From NCBI GenBank assembly GCA_010093705.1, contig MU006093.1, forward strand, positions 951,301-1,015,300: a stretch of 64,000 nt of DNA. Direction: 5' to 3'. How positions within the stretch are numbered: the first letter of the stretch is position 1; every line of letters starts with the position of its first letter. A program made the translations under genes and the position numbers. Positions 25,376 to 37,086 of the stretch are shown here, piece after piece. This stretch comes from Patellaria atrata CBS 101060. Its lineage: Eukaryota. The notes beneath the pieces are model-generated. The model worked only from the letters and a program-made list of their open reading frames with translations. It had not been told where the DNA came from and ran no database searches.

Positions 25376-27127
25376 TCATCCCCTCCCCCCTTCCTCCAAC
25401 TCTTCCAGAAAACTCCCCACGCGCTCCGCAACCTCTTCCCCCCGCTCAACCATAGGCAAATGCCCGGCCCCCCGCACAACCCACGCCTCCGCCCTCCCAC
25501 CCCCCTTCTTCCCAAACTCCCCCGCCATCTCCCCCATAGTCTTGGGCAGAACCCCGTCCTCCCCTCCAACAATGAATAAACCCCGCCCCCTCGCCGCCGC
25601 GAGCGCATCCCGCAAATCGTACGCGAACAGTGCGCGCACCGCGCGCTTGAAGCCCGGTAGAGAGTTCGAGCGAACCATTTCGCGGACGGTCTCTATACGG
25701 GGTATTAGGGAGGGGGAGGAGAGGGAGGTGCGGGGGAACCAGCGCTCTACCGTCTGGGCGGCTAATTCTGCTCCGACCGGTCTATCACCGTCACTGGGGT
25801 TTGTAGAGGAAGAGGAAGAGGAAGAGGAAGAGGAAGAGGAAGAGGAAGAGGAAGAGGAAGAAGAGGACTCAGCAACACGCACACGCGCTGTCCAAGCTTC
25901 GGGATTCGAGGCGGGAGCCACGGGATTAGTATCGCACGCCACGAACGCCAAGATACGAGAGGGATAGGTCAGCGCGGCGTGCAGGGCCGTTGCGGCGCCG
26001 AGGGATACGCCTGCCACGACGGCGGTCGGGAGGCGGAGGGCGTCGAGGAGGAATGTGAGATCCGCGGATAGGGTGGCCAGGGTAATGGGGTCGAGTGTGC
26101 CGGTGGAGGCGGTGCGGCCTCGGGTGTTGTAGCGGAGGATGCGGTAGTTGGAGCCGGTGGGGGAGGCGAGAAAGGCGCGCACGAAGGTGGACCAGATTTC
26201 GTGGGTTGTGAGGATCGCGTTGGAGAGGGTTAGGACCGGGGCGGTGGGGGAGGGGTTGCCTTCGAGGCGGTAGGGAAGGATTGCGCCGTCGGGGGTTGTG
26301 AGGGAGCAGGTTATGGCTCGATGGGGGGAGGAGGGGGAGGAGGGAGGCGTGGTGGTTTGGATGCCTAGGTAGGAGAATGTTGTTTTGCGGGTGGAGATGG
26401 AGGAGAGGTCGCGGGGCCCGGGGCCGAAGATGTAGTGGAGGGTGTAGTTGCGGATGGTTATGCTCTTGACGATTGTGGAGTTGATTCGTTGGCTCCACTC
26501 TGTTGTGAGCATGGTCATCCACTCTGGGCCCCCGATGCCGTTCTCGGGTGCAAACTCGTGGAGAGCGACCCACTCTTTCTCCGTGCGCTCATCGAGAGAA
26601 CTGGTGACGCAGAGTCGCGTTCTTCTCCAGCCTGGGATTTTCATCATCATGGGCATGTGCTCGCCGTTGTACCATTCAAGCAACTTCTCGTCATCCGCTG
26701 GATCAACAACCGCAGCCACAGTAATAAGAAGGTTAGTCGGGTCTTCCCCTTGCATTTCCCTAACGTCGGGACCTTGAAACCCTTCAGAAGTCCATTCCTT
26801 GTCGTCTTTGAGGATATGTCTGTTGACCTTGATCTGTGAGATTACCTCTTTTTCTCTGTCACTCCGTTGAGACCTTAGGTTTTTATACGTTTCGGTTGTC
26901 AGTTCTTTGAGGTCTGTGGTGTCATATATTGCGAGCCATTCCGGGTTCTCATCCGTTCCTTCTTCACCATTGAGATCTGTTGCTCTGTAGCGGAATCCAT
27001 TGGAGAAGAATGGCAGTCTGAGACGTGTAGGCCCATGCTCGTTGTTATACCAATCATGGAACTCATTGGGTGCTAGTGAGGATGAGGGTTGCATCGTCAC
27101 GAACAGTATGCCTGAGGATGAATCCAT
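25376..27127 (-). CDS. chdA: 3-oxoadipate enol-lactonase-like alpha/beta hydrolase fused to tandem N-terminal EthD-like domains; likely 3-carboxymuconolactone hydrolase/decarboxylase
   Basis: Two W-Y-N-x-E-H repeats in the N-terminal half; RYNTRG, GVSLG nucleophile elbow, GEDGVLP, GHLP; adjacent to carboxymuconate cyclase and a dioxygenase. ATG at 27127. The symbol follows Aspergillus niger nomenclature and orthology is inferred. Confidence 0.8.
   Translation of the reverse strand: MDSSSGILFVTMQPSSSLAPNEFHDWYNNEHGPTRLRLPFFSNGFRYRATDLNGEEGTDENPEWLAIYDTTDLKELTTETYKNLRSQRSDREKEVISQIKVNRHILKDDKEWTSEGFQGPDVREMQGEDPTNLLITVAAVVDPADDEKLLEWYNGEHMPMMMKIPGWRRTRLCVTSSLDERTEKEWVALHEFAPENGIGGPEWMTMLTTEWSQRINSTIVKSITIRNYTLHYIFGPGPRDLSSISTRKTTFSYLGIQTTTPPSSPSSPHRAITCSLTTPDGAILPYRLEGNPSPTAPVLTLSNAILTTHEIWSTFVRAFLASPTGSNYRILRYNTRGRTASTGTLDPITLATLSADLTFLLDALRLPTAVVAGVSLGAATALHAALTYPSRILAFVACDTNPVAPASNPEAWTARVRVAESSSSSSSSSSSSSSSSSSSSSTNPSDGDRPVGAELAAQTVERWFPRTSLSSPSLIPRIETVREMVRSNSLPGFKRAVRALFAYDLRDALAAARGRGLFIVGGEDGVLPKTMGEMAGEFGKKGGGRAEAWVVRGAGHLPMVERGEEVAERVGSFLEELEEGGRG
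25805..25867. repeat. (GAGGAA)n hexamer microsatellite encoding 21 consecutive Ser
   Basis: Nine perfect GAGGAA units at 25806..25859 plus flanks; read on the minus strand as alternating TCC/TCT. Confidence 0.95.
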
Positions 27128-27765
27128 CTTGAATAGTACTGAAGTCGAATAGCTTGAACGGACAATTGAAAAATAGGAGGATATCAACCAAAGTAGCGCT
27201 AAATTCCAGAGAACGAGGAGCTCTTCTTTCTTTGCTCTTTCTTAATGATATAGTGGAACATTACTGAAGAGCAATATAATCGAAATCAAAAGAAATCGAA
27301 TCTACCGAAAGTAATAATTTTGGTACTTTCTAATGCTCTAAATACTAAATTTTTGAAATTTGCAGCGGTGATAAATGGTCTGAATAGGTATCTGTTGGCG
27401 ATCCTGAAGGAATAACTAGATGGCACGCCTAAATCATGCTATAGTCTCTTAATTGTTTGGGTTATTGTAAAGGAATCGGGTTGCTAGTCTTTGCTGTTGG
27501 AGTTGGATCAGTTCGTATATTGCACGTGTATCAACTGCATTGAGACCGTTGATGTTGTTGATTTTAGGATTGAGAAAAGCGTCGTGAAGGCAGAGCTCTA
27601 TCTGGGGTGACCTTGGTACAAGTAGAATTGGTCAATTTAATAAGAGCTAAACTTACCGAGCCCCTCTGCCGATCCAAAAGTAGGCCAGGTCTCTATAACT
27701 CACAATTGCCGAATTGACTCTGCTAGATATATACATGCAACACTGCTTAGCACGGAGGTTTGTTA

Positions 27766-27797
27766 ACACAAGAGAGAAGATACACAAGAGAGAAGAT
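27766..27797. repeat. 16-bp tandem duplication ACACAAGAGAGAAGAT x2
   Basis: Directly visible, just downstream of the carboxymuconate cyclase stop. Confidence 0.9.
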
Positions 27798-27871
27798 CGA
27801 GTAGGTCATATTCACCTTGATAAGCTCCCTTGGTCTTGATCTAATCCACCTTAACTCAGGACATACAAATC

Positions 27872-29128
27872 TTAGTCATACCAGATCGCGTTCATGCAGA
27901 ATCCCGGCTCCTTGACGTCTAAATGAGCTACTCTCGCCAGATACTCGTCCTTGAATCTATACATCTCAATCCATCCTTTCTCATCATCACATAAAGCAAC
28001 CCACTCGTCACTCCAGTGGCATGGACTTACAGCGTTAGAGTGACCTCCGCTTGTAGGCGTGGGATTAATAAAGAGCTGCTTCTCAATATTGCCCACAGGA
28101 CCTAAACGGAAAGCGGAAATATATCCGGTCACATTAGGGGAGTTGGACCGACACGTTGCAAAGAGATATTTGCCGCTTTGCGTCAGGAAGCAAACGTCTG
28201 AACGATACATCTTCAAAGGACCATGGCCTATACTTCGTCAGACCGATTCGCTAATTGCGTCGGAAATCAGTTACCTGGTGGGATGAGAGGGTATATCATA
28301 TGAGTGAAAACAGGAGTGTGAGATCTCTCATCTATCACGTAGACACCCAGACGATTTCCAGCTTCCATCAACACATACAAGTATTTCCCGCTTGGATGTA
28401 TAGCCACCCAGCGGGGATGATCTCCCGAACCAGGAGCTTCCAAGCTGTCGACCAAGATAACTTTTCCAGTTAAGCTATCTTTCTTGTGCGTCCATATCTT
28501 GTTTGCCCACATATCCGCTGAATAGAGGTAAGTTTCAGTTGGATCGAAGACCATGCCGTGCACTGCAGTTTCAGGGGAGTACTCAAAATTCTGAATGCTC
28601 TCCCGCATAGCGCCGGTACTGTCCACCCCAAAGGCGTTGCCGTAACCGGCGTAGTTGTAGAAAGGGTTCCCATACACACAATATGGCGACTTCTGCGCGG
28701 CAAGAATGAATATCGCCCTGGTGTTGGAGTCCGGACTGCTCGCTTGTGCTGGAGGATGGATCAGACTCTTACCACCCAGTAGCAGATGCGAATTCACATA
28801 CGATGGCCTCCGATAGCAAATGACGCGTGATGGACAATGTCCGTGGGACTTTGGACACTGTAACTGGAGAAAGTTTTCATAGATGCACCGTATATGTTTT
28901 TCTTAGCATGCTGTGATTAAGAGAGGTTAGTTATCAGATCCCAGGGGAAAGATCTTGCCTCTCTTGTGGATAGATGGATTTTACATCAAATGTCATCCAT
29001 GATATAGGTTCAGCATGCGGTATCTCCGTTCTCTTGATTAATTTCAAAGTCAATTTCTCGTCGTCGAACTCAATTGTGAAAATGGCTCCTGGAGGTGTCC
29101 ATGTTCCAACCATAAGATGATGCCGCAT
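27872..29128 (-). CDS. cmcA: 3-carboxy-cis,cis-muconate cyclase (lactonising enzyme, beta-propeller)
   Basis: HHLMVGTWTPPGAIFT, EPISWMTFD|HAKKNIYGA, HGMVFDP.E.YLYSAD, DHPRWV..HP, LMEAGN, YRSDV, TSGGHSNAV, MNAIWYD, matching Neurospora CMLE as recalled; introns 28984..28911, 28801..28749 and 28274..28228. Confidence 0.95.
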
Positions 29129-29829
29129 CGTGAAAGTTAGAGGATGGTAGGGTAGAAGCTTTCGCTGGCCGTGGTACAAGGAAAAACCTTCGGTTTATAT
29201 AGGTGCCACAATATGTCTAACCGAATGAAGGCAATTGTAAGTGCAACAACATTGCTCATGAAAACCCTACTTTGGGTTGACCTCGGCAAAGTCGACGGTT
29301 TCATCAGCCCTACAAACTTAATAGTCGGTATAAAAGACGTCCAGACGACGAGCAAGCTCCATTCTGATAGATCGCAGGGATATTGTCAATGATGTGGAGT
29401 GTGGAGGAATGGAGGGGTTGAATGTAGAACTACCGGGAAGTAATTATGAAATTCGATGGGCGCGCCTCGCCCCGCAGCAACGGTAGATGGCAATTGATGG
29501 CATTGCCTGTGAGCTTCTAAATCAAGCTGTAGTAATGCGGAGGATGCTACTCGCACATTTCATACCGAAGCCGATATATTTGCCGTAGCAAGTCCTTGGA
29601 AACCCTGCGAGTGAATGATTTTATAAGACCTCCATGATGCGGGCCCAGCAAGCGCTACTGATCTCCAAAACATGCAAACTGTGAAATAGAAAGACACCTC
29701 ATGACCTAGTCGTCTTTGTTTTTCTCTTAACAATCAAACGCAGAGCTTTTTAGGTCCTCCTTCCTCCTCGAATTTTGATCTTCTTCCCCCTACCACGCGT
29801 AAGGATTGAACACACCTTCATCAACAACA

Positions 29830-30776
29830 ATGGCTGCCTCGCAATCGCGGTTCGACCCAAAGTTTACAGAGCATGTCCTGTCAATAATAGGTCCGAATAC
29901 TCCGCCACGAACTAGAACCGTCATGTCTGCTTTGATACGACATATCCACGACTTTGCCCGCGAAGTTGAACTCACAACCGAAGAATGGATGATGGGTGTA
30001 CACTTCATAAACAGTCTTGGGCAAATTAGTGACTCGAAACGTAACGAGACACACAGAATCTGCGATGTGATTGGCCTGGAATCGTGAGTATGGCAAAATC
30101 CACAAAACCTTGCCGGCTGTTGATTTGGCAAAGGTTGGTCGATGAAATTGCGCACAAGCACGCGCTCGAAACAGAAGAAGTACCTACATCTTCTTCAATC
30201 CTAGGTCCCTTTTGGAGCCCCAACGCGCCTTGGAGGAACTTGGGTGACAGCATCATCCAAGATCCTCATCAAGGGCAAGTGTCCCTGTTCAGGGGCAAAG
30301 TTCTGGATTTGGTGACGGGGAAGGGTATATCGAACGCGGTAGTTGACATCTGGCAAGCATCCTCCAACGGAAAATATGATTTCCAGGACCCCGAAAATCA
30401 GACAGACAACAACCTGAGAGGAAAATTCAAGACAGACGAAGATGGGAATTACTGGTTCTACTGCTTGAAGCCAACGGCTTATTCTCTTCCCACAGACGGT
30501 CCGGCCGGTGTACTCCTGAATCTCTTGGATAGACATGCATGGCGACCGGCGCACATACATATGATGATCAGTCATGGGGATTATAAACCAGTTACTACCC
30601 AGCTATATCCAGATGATGACCCGAATTTGGAGACAGATACCGTCTTCGCGGTCAAAGACGATTTGATTATCCACTTCGATCCTCTTGAAGGCGATTCCAA
30701 CGCAGAATTGAAGTTGGAATATAACTTCAAGCTGGCACCAAAGGGAAAGCCTCCAGTCGAGCGAGCGCAGTTGTAA
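29830..30776 (+). CDS. prcA: Intradiol ring-cleavage dioxygenase, probably protocatechuate 3,4-dioxygenase
   Basis: [36 protein letters not shown]...GKY, PTAYSLP.DGP, WRPAHIH (Tyr/Tyr/His/His iron ligands); intron 30084..30133. Substrate is inferred from gene context. Confidence 0.85.
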
Positions 30777-31714
30777 GCGTTTGAGGAGATGGCGAAAGAA
30801 AACGCCTGAGTACCTGTTGAGGCATTGCGTGCTGGGTATAGCTATTTGATTGTTGGCTTTGGCGATATCGTCGAGCTGGAGAATAGGACTGTATATACTA
30901 TTTGATCCTGAGAATCGATTGTGTAAAATCTTTGGATGGGTGTAGAAAAGGTTGTATGATGTTAAGGTTAGATGGAAGGACGAGGAGTGACCGAGTGAAT
31001 ACGCGTTCTAGCGCCAACGTTCGTGGCATCAAATCGATCACCAAGATCTCGCCTCAACCTTCCCATCAGTTCACCACGTTTTCCAGTCTCCAACCTCCTC
31101 TTCGTCTGCAGATGCTAATTTCCCGAACGAGTAATGTTGTATGAATTGCATCACAGTACGGAGTAGTTAACCGATATCCAAAGAGGAGTACACAGACCGT
31201 ACATCGCGGGAAAGTCATCCACATCGCTGGGATGATGTGTGCGTTCTGCCTTGATAGTTGGCAGCAAACCCCTGTTCGGCTTGCCGCAAACCACATCCAC
31301 TGTCGTCATATCCGAGGGTTGCAGACATGTCAGTTCAAGGTTGCACACCAGCCTCTGACCAAGTTTATATCTGCGCCTCTTCGCTGTGTGCCACACTTCT
31401 TTCCTTTGATCCTCTTTCTCCTGTTTTTATGGTAATTGTTCAAATTTCCGAATTATCCCATTCGTCTTGATTAGAACTGCTACTCCTGAATTGTGGGGCT
31501 GGTAGTTTACATTACGGATATCTTCACGCTTTTGCTTCTCCATGCTATACCAATTCTTCTGCGTGAAGAGAAAGGAAAGAGAGTTCGTCGAGAAGAGCCA
31601 CTAGAAACCAATCTGTCCTCTGATCCTGTTGTTGAACGAAAGGATAAAAGAAGTATCGCTTCAATTGCTTTGAACATATATCCGAGAGATTAGGAAAACG
31701 AGCAATCACCTCCA

Positions 31715-32690
31715 ATGTCTGCATCGCCGTCACCCAAAATGGCGCAATCAGAGAAGTCGAAGCCGAGACCTAAAGCTCTCCATGAGTATGTTTGCCCCCG
31801 ACCCTTCGATTCCTTACCCCATCCTCCCTGTCTCTTATCCCATCCTCCATCCTCAAGGGGGTCGAACTTCGTTCTCTTCTAACGGCTCTCTCACTAGGCT
31901 TCTCACCCATTCCATGGTAGACCTCTACGTCGGCCCCGAAAACACCCGCTACATACTGCACGAACGACTTCTATGCTACCATTCGCCTTTCTTCCGCAAG
32001 GTTTTCTACTCACCCTCGCGCAAAGCGACTGACAGCAAAGCATTCGGCTTACCCGACGAGGATGAGACCCCATTTAAGATTTTCGTCGGATGGCTCTATA
32101 GCGATAGCATCCGCTCACCAAAGGCTGAGAAAGATCTTGGCGATCTTTTCGACCTGTACTTAATGGCCGAGAAATGGGGTATCGAAAACCTAATTAGGGA
32201 CGTGCTACGTATCATCCGTGACTTCTACCGGGAGACGAAGACGTACCCGGGCTTGCGCCGCGTCCAGTATATCTACGCCAATACCGATGATAGTAGTCCA
32301 ATGCGTCATCTTCTGGTGAGCAGCATAGCGCGTATGATGACCATTGGGGAGGGTATCCCGATGCACTGGGATAAAGCACTCAAAAAGAATGGTCAACTCG
32401 CCGTGGACATTATCAGGGCTATTCAGGGATGGCGGCTAGAGGAGGAGACCGTACCGGACGCGAGAGAAGAGGAACTGGAGGAGATTGAGGTAGATGACCG
32501 GAAAAAGAAGCATGTGGAGAGAGAAGCGGAGAAAGAAATAAAGAAGAACGAAGAGAACCCGGGGCTGGTGAATGGCGGCAATGAAGAAGAGATGGACCAA
32601 GCAGAGCAACAGGAACAGGAACAGGACGACGATGATGAAGACGAGAAAACGATGGTTGCATCTGCGTCCACGCACACTTCATCCAACTGA
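31715..32690 (+). CDS. BTB/POZ domain protein with acidic tail
   Basis: MVDLYVGP....YILHERLLCYHSPFF...LPDED...F..FVGWLY...LYLMAEKW. The start is probably ATG 31715 (or 31739) with intron 31786..31897; the ORF-track N-terminus is intron read-through. Confidence 0.88.
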
Positions 32691-35600
32691 GCGTTTCTTG
32701 TTTATTACTTTCTCCGTTGATGATTAGGAAAACCATTAGGCGTTATGATCGTGGTTTTGAGCATCTTGCGTTGGGTTTTTGCGTCTTAGCATCATTTGGC
32801 GAAAATTGTACCTTTCTTCATCTGGATATCGTCTTTTCTGTAATGTATTATCTAACGAACGTCTTATGAATTGTCTCACCTACCTGCCACATCAATAATG
32901 AGGGATAATCAACGTGATCGGGGTTCTAGAGATAGCTTTCGCGGTCTACTTTGACACATCATGGCCCTCTCGACTCTTAACTTGTGAGTTTCGGATGAAG
33001 GGTTGAAAGGACTGTACCTAGGATCAATGTTGTACAGGATGAAACGCGCGCGCCGCGCGAGAAGTGATCTTAGAGCATAACCCTTGAGTACTCAATATCA
33101 TGGCACTCGGTGGATAGGGCGTTCACAATGTGTATCGTGTCCTACTTCTAGCTGGACGTGTAACGTGCAGCTGGTGGCATATCGACATCATATATCTCCT
33201 CTACAGCCTCCTGGCGTACAGCCAGCTCTTTGTGGTACGCGGACCTGGACATTCAATGCTAACATGTGATTATGTTTGCTGGATCGGAGTATTTGTCAGT
33301 ACACTAGGATAACCGTTCATGTCATAGATGAGTTCCCAACCCCACGAGCTCGTTTAGTGAATTGTTCAATCCCTTGTAAGATAGCTCCGTAGTACAAGGA
33401 ATGTGAAGTAAATGTACGATTGTCAACCAAGGTGGCTTACCGTTCATGCCCAAAGCTTTCAAGATGAGTTCGAATCTATCGTCGTCTGCGGGCTGTAACA
33501 TGCCACACAGATATCAGCATCTACCAAATTGACAGCTCTTTTTGTCCATAAGCTCTCCAGATCCCCGGGCGCACAAGGGCTTGCAATCCGCTAGACCACC
33601 TGCTGGTGAGAACCAAGCACTTATCAGGTCCTGCTGAGGCACGGGTGGAGCAAATTGGTCCCTGTTGCGACTTATGAGCAACCGAATACGACCGTAATAT
33701 AGATGCTTGCCTTGAGGAGTTTCACGTGAGATCTTGTCCCTCAGGCATGGTCCGTCCGTGGGGGAGCGTATGTTGTTGAACTGCGGTGTGAGGATTAGAC
33801 CAGCTATGCAGTCACCTAATCTTTGTGAAGTTCCTGAATCATCAACTCGCATCTCTAGAGTCGAGTTTGAATGTATTAACCAAGGGTTGTGAATGGCCAA
33901 TAACTGCAGTAAGCTGCTGCGTAGCTATTGTGTAGTGGAGTACTTGAGTAGAGGCCCCCGACCTTTTTAGCTGTCTGTGCATGCTAGATTGTCTGCTGGA
34001 ACTGCGTTATACATGTTTACCTACCTTTGCAGTATTTTGCTTTCTACAATACAAGTAAGTGCTTGTAGCGTATGGACCTGTTCCGGAACCAGGATCTGAA
34101 TCTGTGAATTGATCTGGATCGAGACTCATGCACCATCCGCAACGTTTATAGGTTTTGTAATGCACTGGACTCTTTTCCACAACGCACCTCTCACATCTAC
34201 GGCGATACAGTAGAACAGCGTAAATCTTCTATGCGAAGCTTTTAAGCAAGCTGCAGGGCAGTCGAAAGAGGCTTGCATGACATTAAGTGCCTGCACAAGC
34301 TGGTGATCAGGTAGGATGATTGGCCAACAAGATGCTGACGACGAAGGTGAGAAACAGGCGGAGAGATATGGCTTTAGCCTGTCCCAATAAATGGAGAGGC
34401 GAAAGAGGGTCGCTTGGTTGCATCTTACCAGAACCCTTGAATGTCTCGCTAAAAGAGTTCAGGATCGCGCGTCGGGGAACACGCCAATTCGAGGCAATAG
34501 AAAATCCCGTCTTGTTAATTCTGAATTCGAGACTGTAAAAAGAAATTGAACTTTCGAGATGGAATCTTGGAAAGTCATATATAATTGTGCTGTCATTGCT
34601 GTAGCTTATCGATCGAATCTGCAAAAGAACGGGCCGAGTTCATCTATTTCACGCGTTGTGACTCTATTAAAAGTAGCCGAGATTTAATATCAGTTAACAT
34701 AAGACGACTTAAGTGAGAGATTTCCGGGATGAGGAATATCGAAATATAACGACGTCTGATCTGGATGAAAAAAGAGAATAGAGACGTTTAGGATTGAAGA
34801 GTGACTTGGAGACCCAATTGAGAAATGTTCCGAGTTGATAACTTCATCGAAAGCATTTGTTGGTGTTTCGGACGACTCTCTTCAAAAGTTTGTGGATCGT
34901 CAAGAGGTGACCAAGGGTAAGAAACATTTGTGCTGTACTGTACATGTACGGCACCTCACGTTATCATATGACGTTTGAACGACGGTTCACCTTTGACAAG
35001 ATGGATAAAAAGGATGGATTCAATGTTGCGCAACATAGACGAGACGGGATGCCGTGTTGTAGGATTCTCATATGAGCATGACCTGGCGGTGATGAGTTGA
35101 TGAAGTTGGATGAAGCCGTAAAGAAGATCAATTAATCTACAGCATGCCGAGGCCAGAAAAGAGAGTTAAACCCTGTGCCGATCGACAGACAGCGTCCCTT
35201 GGTCCCAGGTCGCGGGAAAAGCGATTGTCGTTGATTTACGGTCGAGGCTCGAGCAGTTTGATTCTATCCGGGAGATCTAAAAGCTCTTCGCTGCCTCTAA
35301 TCTCCATTATTATCCGCGGTAAAAGCGGAGTGGGCGAGTACGACAGTTCAAGGTTGCAATTTTAACGGCGCTTCACAGATCCAGAGGGGGATAGAGAATT
35401 GAGAAACACAACAGTGGCAAAAGAATAAAGGGGAATGCAGTTGGAGAAGAAGAAGCGTCGATAAAGAAGTTCAAACAGTTGTTGTTTGGCGGTGATTTTT
35501 AATGCGACAACGGACAAATCAGCTTTGATGTCGCCTGTTTTGGGCGTTTCATAGCATATACGATTGGTTGAGCGGTGGGATCATCAGCACATAATAGTAT

Positions 35601-37086
35601 CCATCCGGGATTTGGTGAGGAGGATGAGTAAAAGGGTTGGGCGGCTTCTGTGTCACTCCCTGTGCATTAGTTTTGCAGCGGAAGAAGTAGTCCTATCGAA
35701 TTGTCTGCTTATTTAGGGAAAAAAAAAAAAGAAGTGGATGCGGAGCTTTACTTGATGACTGTGTATACATCTTGTGGGTTATGTGGAACAAGCCGTGAGC
35801 GGCATTGAAGGTGCTACAGAGGTACCTACTATAGTTCTACTGCAGGGTGTTTGTTGTCTAGAAGAATGGGAGATGCGAACTCTTTCTCGCTTGACTTCAA
35901 GCAAAAAACATGTTCCATATCTATATCCTGTGATCTTCCTCCGCACATCACAGTGGTCCTTTCATTAACGTTTTTAAGGTATATCAATCTGCTCGTCATA
36001 TTCGCCCCTGCCGTTCTGGTTACGTGCATGAAAAGAGGAAAGAGCGAAAAACGAGATGGGATGAAAGAGGATGGTGCAACTCAGCGTGTTCGTGTCGGAA
36101 AGAACTTGTGAAACGCGCCATTTGACGGATTGTTCCACGAGGGATTGAGGGGTGATGATTGGTCAACGGGACTGCCACCGGTTCCAGTTCAAGCAAGCAC
36201 AGACTGTGCCTTCACTCCCTTGGGCTTGAAGAGACGGCACCAGAAGGGACCAAAGACCGGCAAAGGGCAACCTGGAAGGCAAGCAAAGCAAGCAACCCTC
36301 GCTCCTTCCAAGACCCAAGGCAAGCAACTACGATCTCGCTCACCCATCACCGCTGAACAAGCCATAACCCCCCCAAGGACCCCAGCACCCCAGCGCTCAC
36401 ACACGAACAGATCCCCTCCCCATGTCTGCACCTGTCTCAGACTATCGAAGTCTCAAAGTGTATCAACTGAACTTTCCTCCCATAACCCAGGCTACCCAGC
36501 AACCTACCGGCCCTATCTGTTAGGCGTATCCCTCTTCCCATCTCCTCTCATTTCTTCACTCTTACGCCTCTTCTCCCCCTCATAAAAAACATCAGCACTA
36601 TCCCCCCAGACTCTGTCCTCCCGTGTGTCTCTCTCTTGATCAGACAAAGCCTTGCTGTGAGCCATCGTAAACCCTGAGCGCCGCACCAAGCACGCTCCTG
36701 GTTTGTCAATAATCAGCCCGATCCTCACTGCTTCAGGTGCTGAGTCCGTGCCTCATTTATCGCGTCCTGTCCCTCCGTCTCCAGCTTTCTTCCTCCTCCC
36801 ACCGTCGACACCAGTCACTATTGTTTCGACGCGCACCTCTGTTAAGGAAACAGTACGCTCATTCTGCGCTATCAACCATCCTAGCGGTGTTGCACAATCG
36901 GTCAGGCAGTTCGTTCTGCTGGCTACTAACGCTCCTTTCAACGTCCAGGCGATAACTGCCTTTCCGTCTCAACTTTTCCATTCCTACGCACGATCTATAC
37001 ACGGAACAACTCAAGTCTCCTACGACATTCTGGGACTACCGTTTACATAAACAGTCCACCCTGTCAGTAGAATAATATCATACATC

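Noticed and set aside
25542..25967. Plus-strand ORF with a poly-Glu tract
   Set aside because: Antisense reading of the Ser microsatellite in the hydrolase.
36130..37050. ORFs upstream of the Dig-like gene
   Set aside because: Non-ATG starts in promoter/5'UTR-like pyrimidine-rich sequence.
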